A stretch of 64,000 nucleotides of DNA from a virus. The position numbers were made by a program, and so were the translations under genes. The notes beneath the pieces are model-generated. The model saw only the letters and a program-made list of their open reading frames with translations, was not told where the DNA came from and did no database searches. Positions 47,070 through 58,070 of this stretch are shown piece by piece (the stretch's first letter is position 1; each line of letters opens with the position of its first letter). The DNA lies in the IMG/VR virus record IMGVR_UViG_3300034683_000117, positions 13,065-77,064 of that record. One strand, 5' to 3'.

Positions 47070-47507
47070 ATGGCGAAACTTGTGAAGGTAATTAACCCTA
47101 ATAAGTTTGATGTCGGTGTAAAACTCATGGATGGTATCCGTTCGATTAATATACGTCATGGCGCATTTACTATGCTTGATGAAAATGAGGTATATTATAT
47201 AAACCAAGTCAGCGGACTATTTAAGCGCAAAATGTTAGTAGTTGAAGATGAGGACGTTGTGCAAAATATGGGGTTTGCTCCCGATGAAGCTAAAAATTTG
47301 ACTGATGATGAAATTGCTACATTACTCAAAGGCAATCATTTAAAGATGAAAAAAGAGCTAGAAAAAATTACCGAGCCTCATATTAAAGACAGAGTGTATA
47401 ATATCGCTAAAACGCTCGACTTGTCCGCGTCTAAGCTTAAAATTATATCTGATTTTGTAGGTAGACCGATTGAATTAGATGATATATCGTCTGACGATAC
47501 AGATTAG
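47070..47507 (+). CDS. Hypothetical virion-module protein
   Basis: Position after capsid. Confidence 0.55.
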   Translation: MAKLVKVINPNKFDVGVKLMDGIRSINIRHGAFTMLDENEVYYINQVSGLFKRKMLVVEDEDVVQNMGFAPDEAKNLTDDEIATLLKGNHLKMKKELEKITEPHIKDRVYNIAKTLDLSASKLKIISDFVGRPIELDDISSDDTD

Positions 47508-47509
47508 AG

Positions 47510-47944
47510 GTGGTGGTTATGGCAACCGCCTTAGAACCAATTGTTGATGAATTGCAACAAAGCATGAGGTTTTATCCCACACCGATAGTATATGATCGCG
47601 ATGACTATAGACGTTTTGTTAAAAATGGTGTTAGCAGATTATATAATGATATGTTGTGGGATAATTTTGATAGTGACATATATACCGAAGAGGTCAATGG
47701 TGAGCAGCAATATTTTTTGCGGCGTGATTTAACTAATATACAAAAAGAGTATGTATTAATCGAGTCTGAAATTTTGTTTAAAGAACAGGTCAAAGAGCAT
47801 GTATCTGCGTTAGTTGGCTATACCACCGACGCATTGAGCATTACCAAAAGCGACCAGCCATACCGTAATCTTAAGGATGATATCGCTGATTTGGAACGAA
47901 GGTTGGTATTGCTGTTTTTCAAAATGACTATGGGAGGGAAGTAG
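47510..47944 (+). CDS. Head-tail adaptor candidate
   Basis: Synteny. Confidence 0.5.
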   Translation: MVVMATALEPIVDELQQSMRFYPTPIVYDRDDYRRFVKNGVSRLYNDMLWDNFDSDIYTEEVNGEQQYFLRRDLTNIQKEYVLIESEILFKEQVKEHVSALVGYTTDALSITKSDQPYRNLKDDIADLERRLVLLFFKMTMGGK

Positions 47945-47945
47945 T

Positions 47946-48584
47946 GTGTATGTTTATATCCCCCCTACCCTGCAACAAGATTTTGAAGATGTGTTACAAA
48001 GCCCACTTGCCAAAAGCTATACTGTTAATTTTGATTTAACCAACGTTGTGCGTGCGATATTATACGAACCAAGTAACTCACAATTTAAATCCCCTGATGG
48101 TAGTTTTATGTTGCGCGCCAGTGATAAAAGCGTAATAAAAAAGGGTGACTATTTAAGTATTGATAATACCGTGTACTTGGTTGTATGGGCTATTAATGAA
48201 ACATTGCCAAACAGCATCAAAAGCCGTGTTCAGCAATGTAATGCCAAGATTGATATTAAGCGTTGGCACGATGCTGTTTTAGATAGTAACGGTATGTTCA
48301 TTGACGAGGCAGGATATAATGACATTGTTAAAGACCTGTGGGCTGTTGTATACAATGGCGGCAGGCCAACATTCAGTCTTAGCAACGGTGTGGTTGGTAT
48401 TGTGCCTTCTAATGATGTTGTAGTAGCTGTTCAATATAATGTCAGTACCCAACAAATTAAACCAGATGACGTATTAATTATTAATAATGATTCGTGCAGA
48501 GTTATTGGGATTGATTATACACAGCTCAATACTGATGGTCAAAGCGGTATGTTATTGATTACGTCACAAAAGATTCCAAGTTAG
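47946..48584 (+). CDS. Head closure protein candidate
   Basis: Synteny; IKKGDY..YLV..QCN. Confidence 0.5.
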   Translation: MYVYIPPTLQQDFEDVLQSPLAKSYTVNFDLTNVVRAILYEPSNSQFKSPDGSFMLRASDKSVIKKGDYLSIDNTVYLVVWAINETLPNSIKSRVQQCNAKIDIKRWHDAVLDSNGMFIDEAGYNDIVKDLWAVVYNGGRPTFSLSNGVVGIVPSNDVVVAVQYNVSTQQIKPDDVLIINNDSCRVIGIDYTQLNTDGQSGMLLITSQKIPS

Positions 48585-48587
48585 GAA

Positions 48588-49196
48588 GTGGCTTATATGC
48601 AGCTTAATATGTTAAAGTTCGATACACAACGTTTAACTAATGACTTTTTAGATGCGGTTGACAAAGAATTGGATATTGTTGCACAACATGCTGTAGAATA
48701 TATGCAACAGGAAATAAGTCAAATTCCCAACGGACCACATTATGCATCCCGATGGAATGACAATGTCAAAAATGCTATTAAATATACAGGGATGCGAACA
48801 GCTACAAGCATATTAAAAAAAGTGGGTATTATTGACCAAGACAATTTGTTAGTGTTGAATCAGGCGTTGGCTACTAATTATGGTATTGGTAGTACGTTAA
48901 GTACTGACAATCCATATCTTGAAGAATTTGAACAGTCAGAATACTTCAATAAGGCACGTAAGTCTTTGGGATATACAATAGTAACACGCCCAGGTCAATA
49001 TGTATATGATTATGATTTAGGCACATGGTATCAGAGCAGGGCAAAAAGTGTGTATACACTAGATTGGTTGTACCAATATCCAAGTTACTTTTTTGAAAAT
49101 GCTATGAAACTTGTCCAAGACGAATATGATCGTGTATTAGAGCGTGTGTTTGATCGTTTTGATTTTTCAAAATATCTGATTACTGATAGTAAATAA
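48588..49196 (+). CDS. Neck or tail-completion protein candidate
   Basis: Synteny; NYG.G, P.YFF..A. Confidence 0.5.
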   Translation: MAYMQLNMLKFDTQRLTNDFLDAVDKELDIVAQHAVEYMQQEISQIPNGPHYASRWNDNVKNAIKYTGMRTATSILKKVGIIDQDNLLVLNQALATNYGIGSTLSTDNPYLEEFEQSEYFNKARKSLGYTIVTRPGQYVYDYDLGTWYQSRAKSVYTLDWLYQYPSYFFENAMKLVQDEYDRVLERVFDRFDFSKYLITDSK

Positions 49197-49257
49197 CCCT
49201 CTCATGGGTTAATTCTATTTTTCACCCTTCCAAGGGTTACCTTTTGGAGGTGGTTCA

Positions 49258-49710
49258 ATGGCTAATATTGCCGCAGACTATGCTGCAATATTAAAAACTC
49301 TTATTAATGATAATGAGTTAAAAGAATTGATGTTAATTCCGTTTAGTGAACAAAGCAATTTTGCTAAACTGCGTAGCACGTATTTTGTTGAATCGTACAC
49401 ATCTGATGTAATGACTACAGAGCAACTTTGTAGATTGGTGATCCACCCTGCCCCGCAGGGTTCGACTGGCAATCCAATGATCAGAGATGACAGTGTCATT
49501 ATCGAGATATTTGTGCCTGTTCAACAAGATGCCATGGAAGGATTTGAGCGACGTGTGCTAAAGATTGCCGGAAGGATAATCAAATTACTTCATCGCCAAC
49601 GCATGAACGACAGGTTGTTATGGTTGACTGGACAGAATGAGTTATTTAGTAGTATCGAGGGTTTCCGCAGGTACTACGTGAGGTTTAATTACAAACGAGC
49701 CTATAGTTAA
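49258..49710 (+). CDS. Tail terminator candidate
   Basis: Synteny. Confidence 0.5.
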   Translation: MANIAADYAAILKTLINDNELKELMLIPFSEQSNFAKLRSTYFVESYTSDVMTTEQLCRLVIHPAPQGSTGNPMIRDDSVIIEIFVPVQQDAMEGFERRVLKIAGRIIKLLHRQRMNDRLLWLTGQNELFSSIEGFRRYYVRFNYKRAYS

Positions 49711-49728
49711 ATTTAAGGAGGAAATGAA

Positions 49729-50496
49729 ATGGCGACTCAACGTGGTTTTATAATTGATGCACCAAATGCATTGGTTGAACCTTTTGACGGCGGCGATATA
49801 GTACATGTGCTTACCGCTACTAGAGGTGAAGTAACATTCGCCGGAGAATCTGTTGATGTTAATGGTGGCTGGGGGTTCTACCCGTTGGCATCTATACCTA
49901 CTACCCGTACAATTACTGTAAATCTGTCTGATGCTGAATGGGATTTGCAGTATCTAAGGATGGTAACTGGTGGTACAGTATCAACTGGAGCAGATGAATT
50001 CACATATTTTGGTGATAAATATGTTATAGACGATACCACATATAAAATTACCATTCCTAAAGTTGTGGTAACTGGGAGTGTAAAAATTGCCGGATATACG
50101 GAAACGACAGAAGTCACACCAACTGGCCAACAGTTTAAAGTTACGGTAGCTGCAGATTCTACCGAAGTATTATTCGCATCTACCGAAGCTGGCAAGGTGG
50201 TTATGCCGTCGTATCGTGTGAGTATAACGGATGCAGTTGCGCTTGCAACCAAGACAAACGACTTCCCAAAAACCGCTGCTGTCACTTTAATGTTCCCGAT
50301 ATATGAATCAGAAAGCGACGACGCAACTATAACGGGATATGGTGAGCTAATTATATACAAAGCCAGAATAATGGCAGATTTCACGATTGGTGGCGATGCT
50401 AAATCAGCATATGCACCAAGCGTACAGTTCTCTGCGCTTGATCCGAAGCGCCCTGACAAAAATATGTTCAAATTTGTTTATGCTCCTGTAGCCTAA
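49729..50496 (+). CDS. Major tail tube protein
   Basis: Synteny, T/V/G-rich, ALDP.R.D C-terminus, downstream hairpin. Confidence 0.75.
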   Translation: MATQRGFIIDAPNALVEPFDGGDIVHVLTATRGEVTFAGESVDVNGGWGFYPLASIPTTRTITVNLSDAEWDLQYLRMVTGGTVSTGADEFTYFGDKYVIDDTTYKITIPKVVVTGSVKIAGYTETTEVTPTGQQFKVTVAADSTEVLFASTEAGKVVMPSYRVSITDAVALATKTNDFPKTAAVTLMFPIYESESDDATITGYGELIIYKARIMADFTIGGDAKSAYAPSVQFSALDPKRPDKNMFKFVYAPVA

Positions 50497-50614
50497 TAAG
50501 TTAGGCTAGTAATGATTCATGGGGAGTGTCTGGCTGCACGCCACCTCCCCTACCCTATTCAATTTTACAATTCAAATTTGCAATTCAAATTTGCAAATCA
50601 AGGAGGCTATTTAG

Positions 50615-50947
50615 ATGGCAAACTCTTCTAAAAATCTTACTGTTAATGATGCTAACACAGTAGTTATTAATGGCAAACCTTATAAATTACAAATGGTTAC
50701 AATGAAATATATAAAAGACGGATTTTATAGCAATTTTATATTGCTGAATAAGTTTAGTTTAGTCCGTATGGGTGGTTTTGAAGATGGCCCAGATATTATA
50801 AAAAAGTTTTTATTGGCTGTTTTTCAAGACGAACAAATAGTTGATGAAATATATGATGTTTTAGATGCCAAAATATTCAAAGAAATATTAAACAAAGTTA
50901 AAACGATGAATGAACTTGAGGATGAAGAAGAACTAAAAAACGACTAA
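50615..50947 (+). CDS. Tail assembly chaperone (G)
   Basis: Between tail tube and TMP; ends with slippery A AAA AAC (50935-50941). Confidence 0.8.
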   Translation: MANSSKNLTVNDANTVVINGKPYKLQMVTMKYIKDGFYSNFILLNKFSLVRMGGFEDGPDIIKKFLLAVFQDEQIVDEIYDVLDAKIFKEILNKVKTMNELEDEEELKND

Positions 50948-51249
50948 AAGGCAGTAAGGATCAGAAGGGTATCACCATTCGTAAAGGGTATGCCCTCCTT
51001 GCTGTGCATTGCGGGTTTACAGAAAAAACGATAGATGATTTTTCTTATATGTTTTATCGTGATTGTATTACTGAATTAGCACTAAAACTTAATTACGACG
51101 CTGTTGTGAATATTTTAGGCAATTCGTTTGCAGGAGAATCCAGTAATATTGTCAATGAATCTAACCCGATGCTTTTAGACCCAGATAATATACCGAAAAC
51201 CAATAAAAAACTCACAATGAATGATTTGCGTAGCGTTGGATTAGTATAG
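50941..51249 (+). CDS. Tail assembly chaperone, -1 frameshift extension (T)
   Basis: -1 frame open from 50941 through ORF 51004-51249. Confidence 0.8.
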   Translation, partial: RLKGSKDQKGITIRKGYALLAVHCGFTEKTIDDFSYMFYRDCITELALKLNYDAVVNILGNSFAGESSNIVNESNPMLLDPDNIPKTNKKLTMNDLRSVGLV

Positions 51250-51347
51250 TTAATGCTGTATATTTACTTATTTTTTGCACATAATACTTGACAATAGAAT
51301 TATACAGTTATATAATATAACTATAAAAAATAAGGAGGAAGATATAT

Positions 51348-51896
51348 ATGAAAAAATATACAGCATTAACATTAGTTTGTATAGTAGTAGTGGCAATATG
51401 CGTTGGATGTGTCGATACAGGTGCAACTGGAAATCATGTAACTGACGACATAGTTAAACAATATAACCCATGGGGACTTAAGTATAATCCTAGTGCAAGC
51501 AAACACATTAACCCCGAATTTGCGGACGTATATTATGATTATATATCGGGTGTTTTGCGGCAATATATTGATATGGTCACCACAGCTTGGGGAGCACCGC
51601 ATTTGAACACGTCATTGGAGTTTAGTACGTCTGACCTAGTCAATCAAATGCGTGATATTGTAGGTGAAAACCAGAACAGTTTGGAACACGATATATTTTT
51701 GCAAGTAGTTGAATATGAAAATACAATGTATGAATATGAGAAAATGATTGATAAGTGTGTAGATAACAGGATTGCTACAAAAAGGAATATGCCTATTAAG
51801 TATCCTGGTATTGACGAGGATGTTGTGGCTCAACAATATCAGGAAGGAAAAGAAATACTGATTAATATGCTTGAAAAATATTTTATTATGGAATAG
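51348..51896 (+). CDS. Lipoprotein moron
   Basis: MKK, hydrophobic core, VGC lipobox; own TTGACA-17-TATAAT promoter and terminator at 51939-51966. Confidence 0.7.
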   Translation: MKKYTALTLVCIVVVAICVGCVDTGATGNHVTDDIVKQYNPWGLKYNPSASKHINPEFADVYYDYISGVLRQYIDMVTTAWGAPHLNTSLEFSTSDLVNQMRDIVGENQNSLEHDIFLQVVEYENTMYEYEKMIDKCVDNRIATKRNMPIKYPGIDEDVVAQQYQEGKEILINMLEKYFIME

Positions 51897-51972
51897 TTGT
51901 TTTGACGTTGCATCAAAACTAAATATATATTCAAAACAAAGAACCGACAATCGGTTCTTTGTTTTTTAAAAG

Positions 51973-54900
51973 GTGGTGGACAGATTGGCTGATGAAGAGA
52001 AGGAAAAACTGGTAGGCCGTCTCGAGGTAGAAATTGGTAAATCTATAGAACAGCTTAACCAAGAGTTACAGAACATTAACCTTACAATGGACAAAATAAA
52101 CCAATCGGCGGCGGCGTTTTCTAAAAAGGCCGATTTTGCACAACCAATTAAGTTTGCAAGGCAACTGAATAAAGAGACACAAAGTGTAAAGTCTACATTA
52201 GACGCTGTCGATAAGGCCATGTCTGGGCTTAAATATAAAGCTACGTATAAAGACGGCGCAATGCAAACTTTTGGGGTTACTGTTGATTTACAAGCTCAGC
52301 AGAGGATGGTTGAACAACAAGAAAAAGCGGCACAAAAAGCTTATGTGCGCGCATGGACGCAACGCATTAAAGAAGTTGAACAGCGAACTAAGCAAGAACA
52401 AAAATTGGCTATACGAGCTGCACAACAAGCCGAAAAAGAAAAAATCAGAATAGCACAGCAAACTGAAAAAGAGAAGTTGAAAGCAGCAGAGCAAGCTGCT
52501 AAAGAGGCTGCAAAACTAGAAATGCAACATGCCAAGCAAGCAGCAAAAGAAGCGGCACAGACTGTCAGAGAAGAACAAAAGGCGTTACAACAAGACATAG
52601 ATCGTATGTACAAGAGCCGTTATCAAAAAAGTTTTGAGGCTGCTTTGGGTAATAGTGCTTCGTATATGGGTTCGGGCGACGCTCGTGCCAGTGTAATGAA
52701 CAAGGTCAAGAATTCATTAATATATACTACGTCTTATTATACATGGCGTACCATACAGGATATGGTATCACAAGCCATGGAGGTTAATCAGCAATACGAA
52801 AACGGATTAGTCAATTTATCCAGAACCTTAGACAATGTCACCAACGAGTCTTTACAACGGTATGGTGATGCGGCTATTCAATATGCTAAATCGTTTGGTG
52901 TGCCATTAGAAGAAGTGCAAACTGCGATGACTGAGCTGGCTAGAGCCGGTGTGGATGACCAACAGGCGCTACTTGGAATGACAAAATCTGTATTAACTGG
53001 TCTTAATACCACAGAAATCAAAAGTGCTGCCGATATGACAGCGTATTTGGTAAGTACGGTGCGTCAGCTAAACATGAGCTATGAAGATTCTGAAAAAATT
53101 ATAGATTCGTGGAATAAACTGGCCGATAAATATGCCGTACAGTCCAATGATTTTGCAGAGGCCATCCAAAAAGCAGGGTCTGCATCAAGAATGTTAGGTG
53201 TAGATTTAGATACACTAAACGCCATGGTAGTTGTACTTGGCGAAGCCACGCAAGCAAGCGGTGACGAAATCGGAACTGCGTTAAAGGCTATGGAAGTTCG
53301 TTTGTTGCGACCTGAGACAGTTAAAATATTAGAAGATATGGGCATTCAAGTCAAAAAAGACGCAGACCATTTCCTCGATTTCCATACTATAATGACACAA
53401 GTTAATCAAAAATTAAATGAGTTCGGGGAAAATTCTGTCCAGGCCAGCCAGTTGCTTGATGCATTAGGCGGTGTATGGCGCAAAAACCAAATCCAGATAC
53501 TCGCCGAAGGCTGGAACCAGATTGATGCGGTAGCAAAAGAAAGCGCAAGCGCGTTGGGGTATTCTGTTAAAGAAAACGAAAAAGCTATGAGTACCTTTGA
53601 GAAACAGATTCAAATATTTCAACAGACGCTCAACGAGTTATATATATCTATAGGCCAACAAAGCGGGGTTTTGGATGCTTTGCGGCTGGGGCTACAGGGG
53701 CTTACAGATATGACACAATGGTTTGCTAATTTATCGCCAGTGGCTCAAAGATATGCTGTAATATTAGGCGGTGTGGCCGCTGCTGTTAAGCTGGTATCTG
53801 TAGCAAGTAAAGGCTTAACAGGTATTGGCGTTGGTCAATGGTTTGACATAGTCGCTGCAAAAATAACAAAAACTACGACGGCTAGTAGAGCATATGAAGC
53901 TGCGCAGAGGTCTTTAAGCATGAGTCAAAAGACCTTAAACTTAAGTAAAGAAGATTATCAACTGATTTTAGACTCTATTGCTGACAAATTAGGCATGGTA
54001 AAGTCTAACACAGCGTCATTAACCGCTGCTCAAAAGGCTATGGATGCCGCGCAAGCATCACTACGTAGATCAACAATACTTTTAAATGCGGCGATGAGTG
54101 CGGGTATTGCTATATTGAGTTTGGCTATTAACGCGGCAATTTCACATGTGCAAAAACAAAAAGAGCTGGCTTCGGTAACAGCACAAATGATTGGTGATAT
54201 AAAAAGCAATGCTCAGCAACTAGCGTCATTAACAGACGAATACACATCCCTCAAAGATGCTGTTACGCTAACCAGCGAACAAAAGCAACGACTTCTAGAT
54301 TTGACCCAACAGATTACCGACCTAGTACCCAGCGCTGCAAGTGTATTGCGCGATGAAACCAAATCGATACAAGAACAGACAGAGGCTATTTGGGATAATT
54401 ATAAAGCCCAAAATGCCAACAAGCTCGCACAAGCGTATAATACCACAATGAAAACTATGCCTGATATATACGAAAAATTTGCATCGCAAACAACGTACAA
54501 ACAAGTATTACAACAGTTACAGCAGTTATCGGATAAATATCAAGAATTTGGGCAAGATGCACAGGCAGCAATGTTACAGGCTATAGAACCCCTACGGGGT
54601 ACCGATCAATATACACAGTTACTGTATCAGATCCAACGCCCTCGCCCATTGTTGAGTGATGCGCGTCAGAACATAGAAGAGATTACTAATTTTGTAAATA
54701 GCGAATTAGATAAAGTTAGCAACAAATTAGTAGAGTCGGAAGCGAATTGGAATCAGGCTGTTGCTAATTTGCGCGACGCAATTATGGCGCAATATGATTT
54801 AATGAAAATGCCTCCAGAGGTGTCCGAGTCGTTTAAAGCGTTTGTTGATCAATTTGATACGGTTGATGATATTAAAAAATCTGGGGAAGATATTAACCAG

Positions 54901-57591
54901 GTCTTAAATAATATTGCTGGTTATGCCGACGACTTAGGGGCCGCATACGAAAAACTGCAAAACAATATCAAATATCAAGATATTATCAAACAGCTTGACG
55001 AATTTGCTAAAACTACTAATCATACAGACGCAGAAATAATACAGTTTAAAACTGATATTGAAAATCAGGTTAATGCTTTAAAGCTTACAGGCGAGGCGAG
55101 TGACATTGCTCAACAAAAAATTGCTAGTTATAATTTAACATTGTCACAAACCAGTGTTTCTACGCAACAGGCAAGTATTAATTTTGCGGCATTAGATGAA
55201 CAAATTAAAAATCAGCTTGATAGTTTGGATACACTGGGTAATGCGTATGCTACCGTTATAGGACGTCAGCAATTGTCTGGTAATGTATTACTCGATTTGA
55301 TATCTAAGTATGATACTGTTGCTGTGGCTGTGTCAAAATATGGTGCTAATGTATTAAATAATGGCGAAATTATTAAAATAGTATTTAACGCTGAAAAACA
55401 GGCAGCAATACAAAGGTTGCAGTTACAAGAACGTGAATTACAAGCACAGGCGAATACACTACAAGCGCAATTATCAAATTGGCAGCGTTATTATTCATCG
55501 TTGATACAAATGCAAGTACAATCTGCCAGCATATCAAGTTTGATGGCTAATGGGGGTCCGTCTGAGATATCAGGTAAACTAGATAATATTAATAAGCAAA
55601 TCGAATCAGTACAAGCACGTATAAAAGCAATTAGTTCAATAAATATTAGTTCTTATGTTCCTAAAACCAAAATTCCTAAAACCAAAATTCCTAAAACCAA
55701 AACGCCTAAAACTAGCGGCACTAAAACATCTACTCCGACATATACCGTTGAAATGAAGGCGGCTGACAAATATCAAACAGCGCTTAAAGAAATTAACAGA
55801 CGTTTAGAAGAACAAGATGATTTGGTTGAAACTACAGCTAAAAAAATAGAAATGCTGCTTGCAAAAGGTGATAAAAACAGTTTAGCGGAGGCTCTTAAGC
55901 TCCAAAACACCTTGTTGGATCAGCAAAAAAAACGTATTGCTGTGTTGGAAACTAATTATAAAAATACTCTTAATTTACAGAACCAAGTACAAGCGCAGTT
56001 TCAAAAGACGTTCGGGTTTAATTTTGTCGGCATGAGTCAAATCGATATCCAAAAAAGATTTGAACAAATGTTCCCCACAAAAACATTTAAATCGGAAAAA
56101 GACCAACAGGCATATGAAGATCGCAAAGCGCTGTTTCAGCAGCTTATTAGTAATTGGGAAGATTTGCAAAACAAAGCAACAGATATCCAAAATAGTATAT
56201 ACGATGCCCAAATTGAATTATATAACAAAACCAGCAATCAGATTCAGGAGTTTTATGATGATGTAGCTGATAAGGCCATGGAAACAGCGCGACACCAGAT
56301 CGCAATGGGACGTTGGAATACACAACAGCAAATTGAATTTTACCAAAAGCTTCTTAAAGAGTGGAAAGGTACTGTTAAAGAACAGGAAAAATTACAAGAA
56401 GAATTATTTAGTCTTAATCGTAAATTGCTAGAAGAACAACTGGATAAAGTGCGTGAGGCTAATAAGAAGCGTATTGATAATATACAGGCTGCTGCTGATA
56501 AAGAGATAGCTATTCGTCAAAAGTTATTAGACGAACTCGACGAAGAAGAGACTGCCGCCGACAGAGAAGAATCTGAGCGCCAACACAATAAGAAATTACA
56601 GGAACTGTATGAAGAATTACAATATCATCAGATACGTACTGGTAAAGAGCATCTGGAAGCTATTGCAGACATTCAAAAACAGATAGAAGAAGAAAACATA
56701 CAGTGGCGGAATCAACAAGAAAAGTGGGCGCGTCAAGACCGCAGGAAACAGTTACAAGATGAAATTGATGATATACAACAAAAAGCGGACGAACAAAAAA
56801 AGATAGTAGAAGATGCATTGCAGGATATTGAAAATGCGTTTAATGATACCAATATGAATATTATATCCGATGCGGCAACATATCAAGATGACTGGCTTGA
56901 AATGGGTATGAAATGGATGCAGGCATTGATTGATGGTTTTAATAGTGGGAATTTAGACGGTATAAAAAATACTCTTGATGAAATTATTCAAAAAACCAGA
57001 GAGGCTATGGCAGTTATTCCTGGTATTAGCCCGTCTGAAGCAGGACAACAAGCTGCGCCGCCAGCCCCTGCTCCTGCACAACCTACGCCTACTCCCGCCC
57101 CGTCACAGCCAACATCCCCTGCCCCTGCTCCTGCAAAACCTACGGCTCCTGTCCAAACCAAGTATACTGTTAAAGCTGGTGATACATTAAGTGGTATTGC
57201 CGCTAAATATAAAACTACATGGCAAAAAATATATGAAGCAAATAAAAAACTGATTGGCAGTAACCCAAATCTGATTCGACCAGGGCAAGTGTTGGTGATT
57301 CCTAAAGCACATACCGGAGCATTAACTATGTCATATGGTATTGCAGAACTAAAACCTGGCGAGCTGATATTCCCACCTAATTTATCTAAACAGTTACAAA
57401 CGCTAATCGGTGTGTTATCAACGAATTCGCTCAATAAGTTGTCTGGCAATAATCAAACTCCCGCTATTAATATTGACACTATGTTCAGGTCCGAAAACAC
57501 ATACTTGGATGACGAACTAGATGTTGACATTATAGGGCGCACTTTAACAAGGGCTGCAAAAAATGTTATGAGAGCTGGTGGTATTTCTTGA
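51973..57591 (+). CDS. Tape measure protein with C-terminal LysM
   Basis: 1872 aa, A/Q/E-rich, TP901-type core (ELARAG..SGDEIGTALK), Pro-rich linker, YTVKAGDTLSGIA..NLIRPGQVL. Confidence 0.92.
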   Translation: MVDRLADEEKEKLVGRLEVEIGKSIEQLNQELQNINLTMDKINQSAAAFSKKADFAQPIKFARQLNKETQSVKSTLDAVDKAMSGLKYKATYKDGAMQTFGVTVDLQAQQRMVEQQEKAAQKAYVRAWTQRIKEVEQRTKQEQKLAIRAAQQAEKEKIRIAQQTEKEKLKAAEQAAKEAAKLEMQHAKQAAKEAAQTVREEQKALQQDIDRMYKSRYQKSFEAALGNSASYMGSGDARASVMNKVKNSLIYTTSYYTWRTIQDMVSQAMEVNQQYENGLVNLSRTLDNVTNESLQRYGDAAIQYAKSFGVPLEEVQTAMTELARAGVDDQQALLGMTKSVLTGLNTTEIKSAADMTAYLVSTVRQLNMSYEDSEKIIDSWNKLADKYAVQSNDFAEAIQKAGSASRMLGVDLDTLNAMVVVLGEATQASGDEIGTALKAMEVRLLRPETVKILEDMGIQVKKDADHFLDFHTIMTQVNQKLNEFGENSVQASQLLDALGGVWRKNQIQILAEGWNQIDAVAKESASALGYSVKENEKAMSTFEKQIQIFQQTLNELYISIGQQSGVLDALRLGLQGLTDMTQWFANLSPVAQRYAVILGGVAAAVKLVSVASKGLTGIGVGQWFDIVAAKITKTTTASRAYEAAQRSLSMSQKTLNLSKEDYQLILDSIADKLGMVKSNTASLTAAQKAMDAAQASLRRSTILLNAAMSAGIAILSLAINAAISHVQKQKELASVTAQMIGDIKSNAQQLASLTDEYTSLKDAVTLTSEQKQRLLDLTQQITDLVPSAASVLRDETKSIQEQTEAIWDNYKAQNANKLAQAYNTTMKTMPDIYEKFASQTTYKQVLQQLQQLSDKYQEFGQDAQAAMLQAIEPLRGTDQYTQLLYQIQRPRPLLSDARQNIEEITNFVNSELDKVSNKLVESEANWNQAVANLRDAIMAQYDLMKMPPEVSESFKAFVDQFDTVDDIKKSGEDINQVLNNIAGYADDLGAAYEKLQNNIKYQDIIKQLDEFAKTTNHTDAEIIQFKTDIENQVNALKLTGEASDIAQQKIASYNLTLSQTSVSTQQASINFAALDEQIKNQLDSLDTLGNAYATVIGRQQLSGNVLLDLISKYDTVAVAVSKYGANVLNNGEIIKIVFNAEKQAAIQRLQLQERELQAQANTLQAQLSNWQRYYSSLIQMQVQSASISSLMANGGPSEISGKLDNINKQIESVQARIKAISSINISSYVPKTKIPKTKIPKTKTPKTSGTKTSTPTYTVEMKAADKYQTALKEINRRLEEQDDLVETTAKKIEMLLAKGDKNSLAEALKLQNTLLDQQKKRIAVLETNYKNTLNLQNQVQAQFQKTFGFNFVGMSQIDIQKRFEQMFPTKTFKSEKDQQAYEDRKALFQQLISNWEDLQNKATDIQNSIYDAQIELYNKTSNQIQEFYDDVADKAMETARHQIAMGRWNTQQQIEFYQKLLKEWKGTVKEQEKLQEELFSLNRKLLEEQLDKVREANKKRIDNIQAAADKEIAIRQKLLDELDEEETAADREESERQHNKKLQELYEELQYHQIRTGKEHLEAIADIQKQIEEENIQWRNQQEKWARQDRRKQLQDEIDDIQQKADEQKKIVEDALQDIENAFNDTNMNIISDAATYQDDWLEMGMKWMQALIDGFNSGNLDGIKNTLDEIIQKTREAMAVIPGISPSEAGQQAAPPAPAPAQPTPTPAPSQPTSPAPAPAKPTAPVQTKYTVKAGDTLSGIAAKYKTTWQKIYEANKKLIGSNPNLIRPGQVLVIPKAHTGALTMSYGIAELKPGELIFPPNLSKQLQTLIGVLSTNSLNKLSGNNQTPAINIDTMFRSENTYLDDELDVDIIGRTLTRAAKNVMRAGGIS
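55660..55713 (+). repeat. 15-bp in-frame tandem repeat (PKTKI) in TMP
   Basis: CCTAAAACCAAAATT x2, then a variant and a partial copy. Confidence 0.85.
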
Positions 57592-58061
57592 TAATGGATC
57601 ATGGTGTGTGGTGTCCGGTATGGACAATTGAAAAATATAAAGATATATGGGGCTATAAGACAAATAGCCCCTATGATACTGTGTGCATCAGAGGTAATTT
57701 ATTATTGAATACGGGTGTTAATACTATATTTAGTACTTTATGTGGGGGTTCTGTTGTACTGTTTGATTATTATAATGCACGTATTGGTGTAGGTGATGGA
57801 AGTGCTGCAGCTAATGCTTCACAAACAGGGTTACAAGGAACTAATAAAGCATACGCTCGTATGGAATATGGTTACCCGATATACGGCTCTAATCAAAAAG
57901 TTATTTTTAGGGCCGTGTTCGATGCGAATAATGGAAATTTTACGTGGAACGAATTCACTGTTGATAATGGGAATATATCATTAAACAGACTGGTATCCAA
58001 TCAAGGTGTTAAAGTAGCGGGCGAAATATGGATAGTTACATTGGAAATTACGATTACGTAG
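57588..58061 (+). CDS. Tail or baseplate protein
   Basis: NLLLN.G..IGVGDG..GNF.WNE..LNR; position. Confidence 0.6.
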   Translation: MIMDHGVWCPVWTIEKYKDIWGYKTNSPYDTVCIRGNLLLNTGVNTIFSTLCGGSVVLFDYYNARIGVGDGSAAANASQTGLQGTNKAYARMEYGYPIYGSNQKVIFRAVFDANNGNFTWNEFTVDNGNISLNRLVSNQGVKVAGEIWIVTLEITIT

Positions 58062-58070
58062 GCGTTATAT

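Noticed and set aside
50935-50941. Tail chaperone frameshift as a novelty
   Set aside because: Canonical G/GT frameshift of long-tailed phages.
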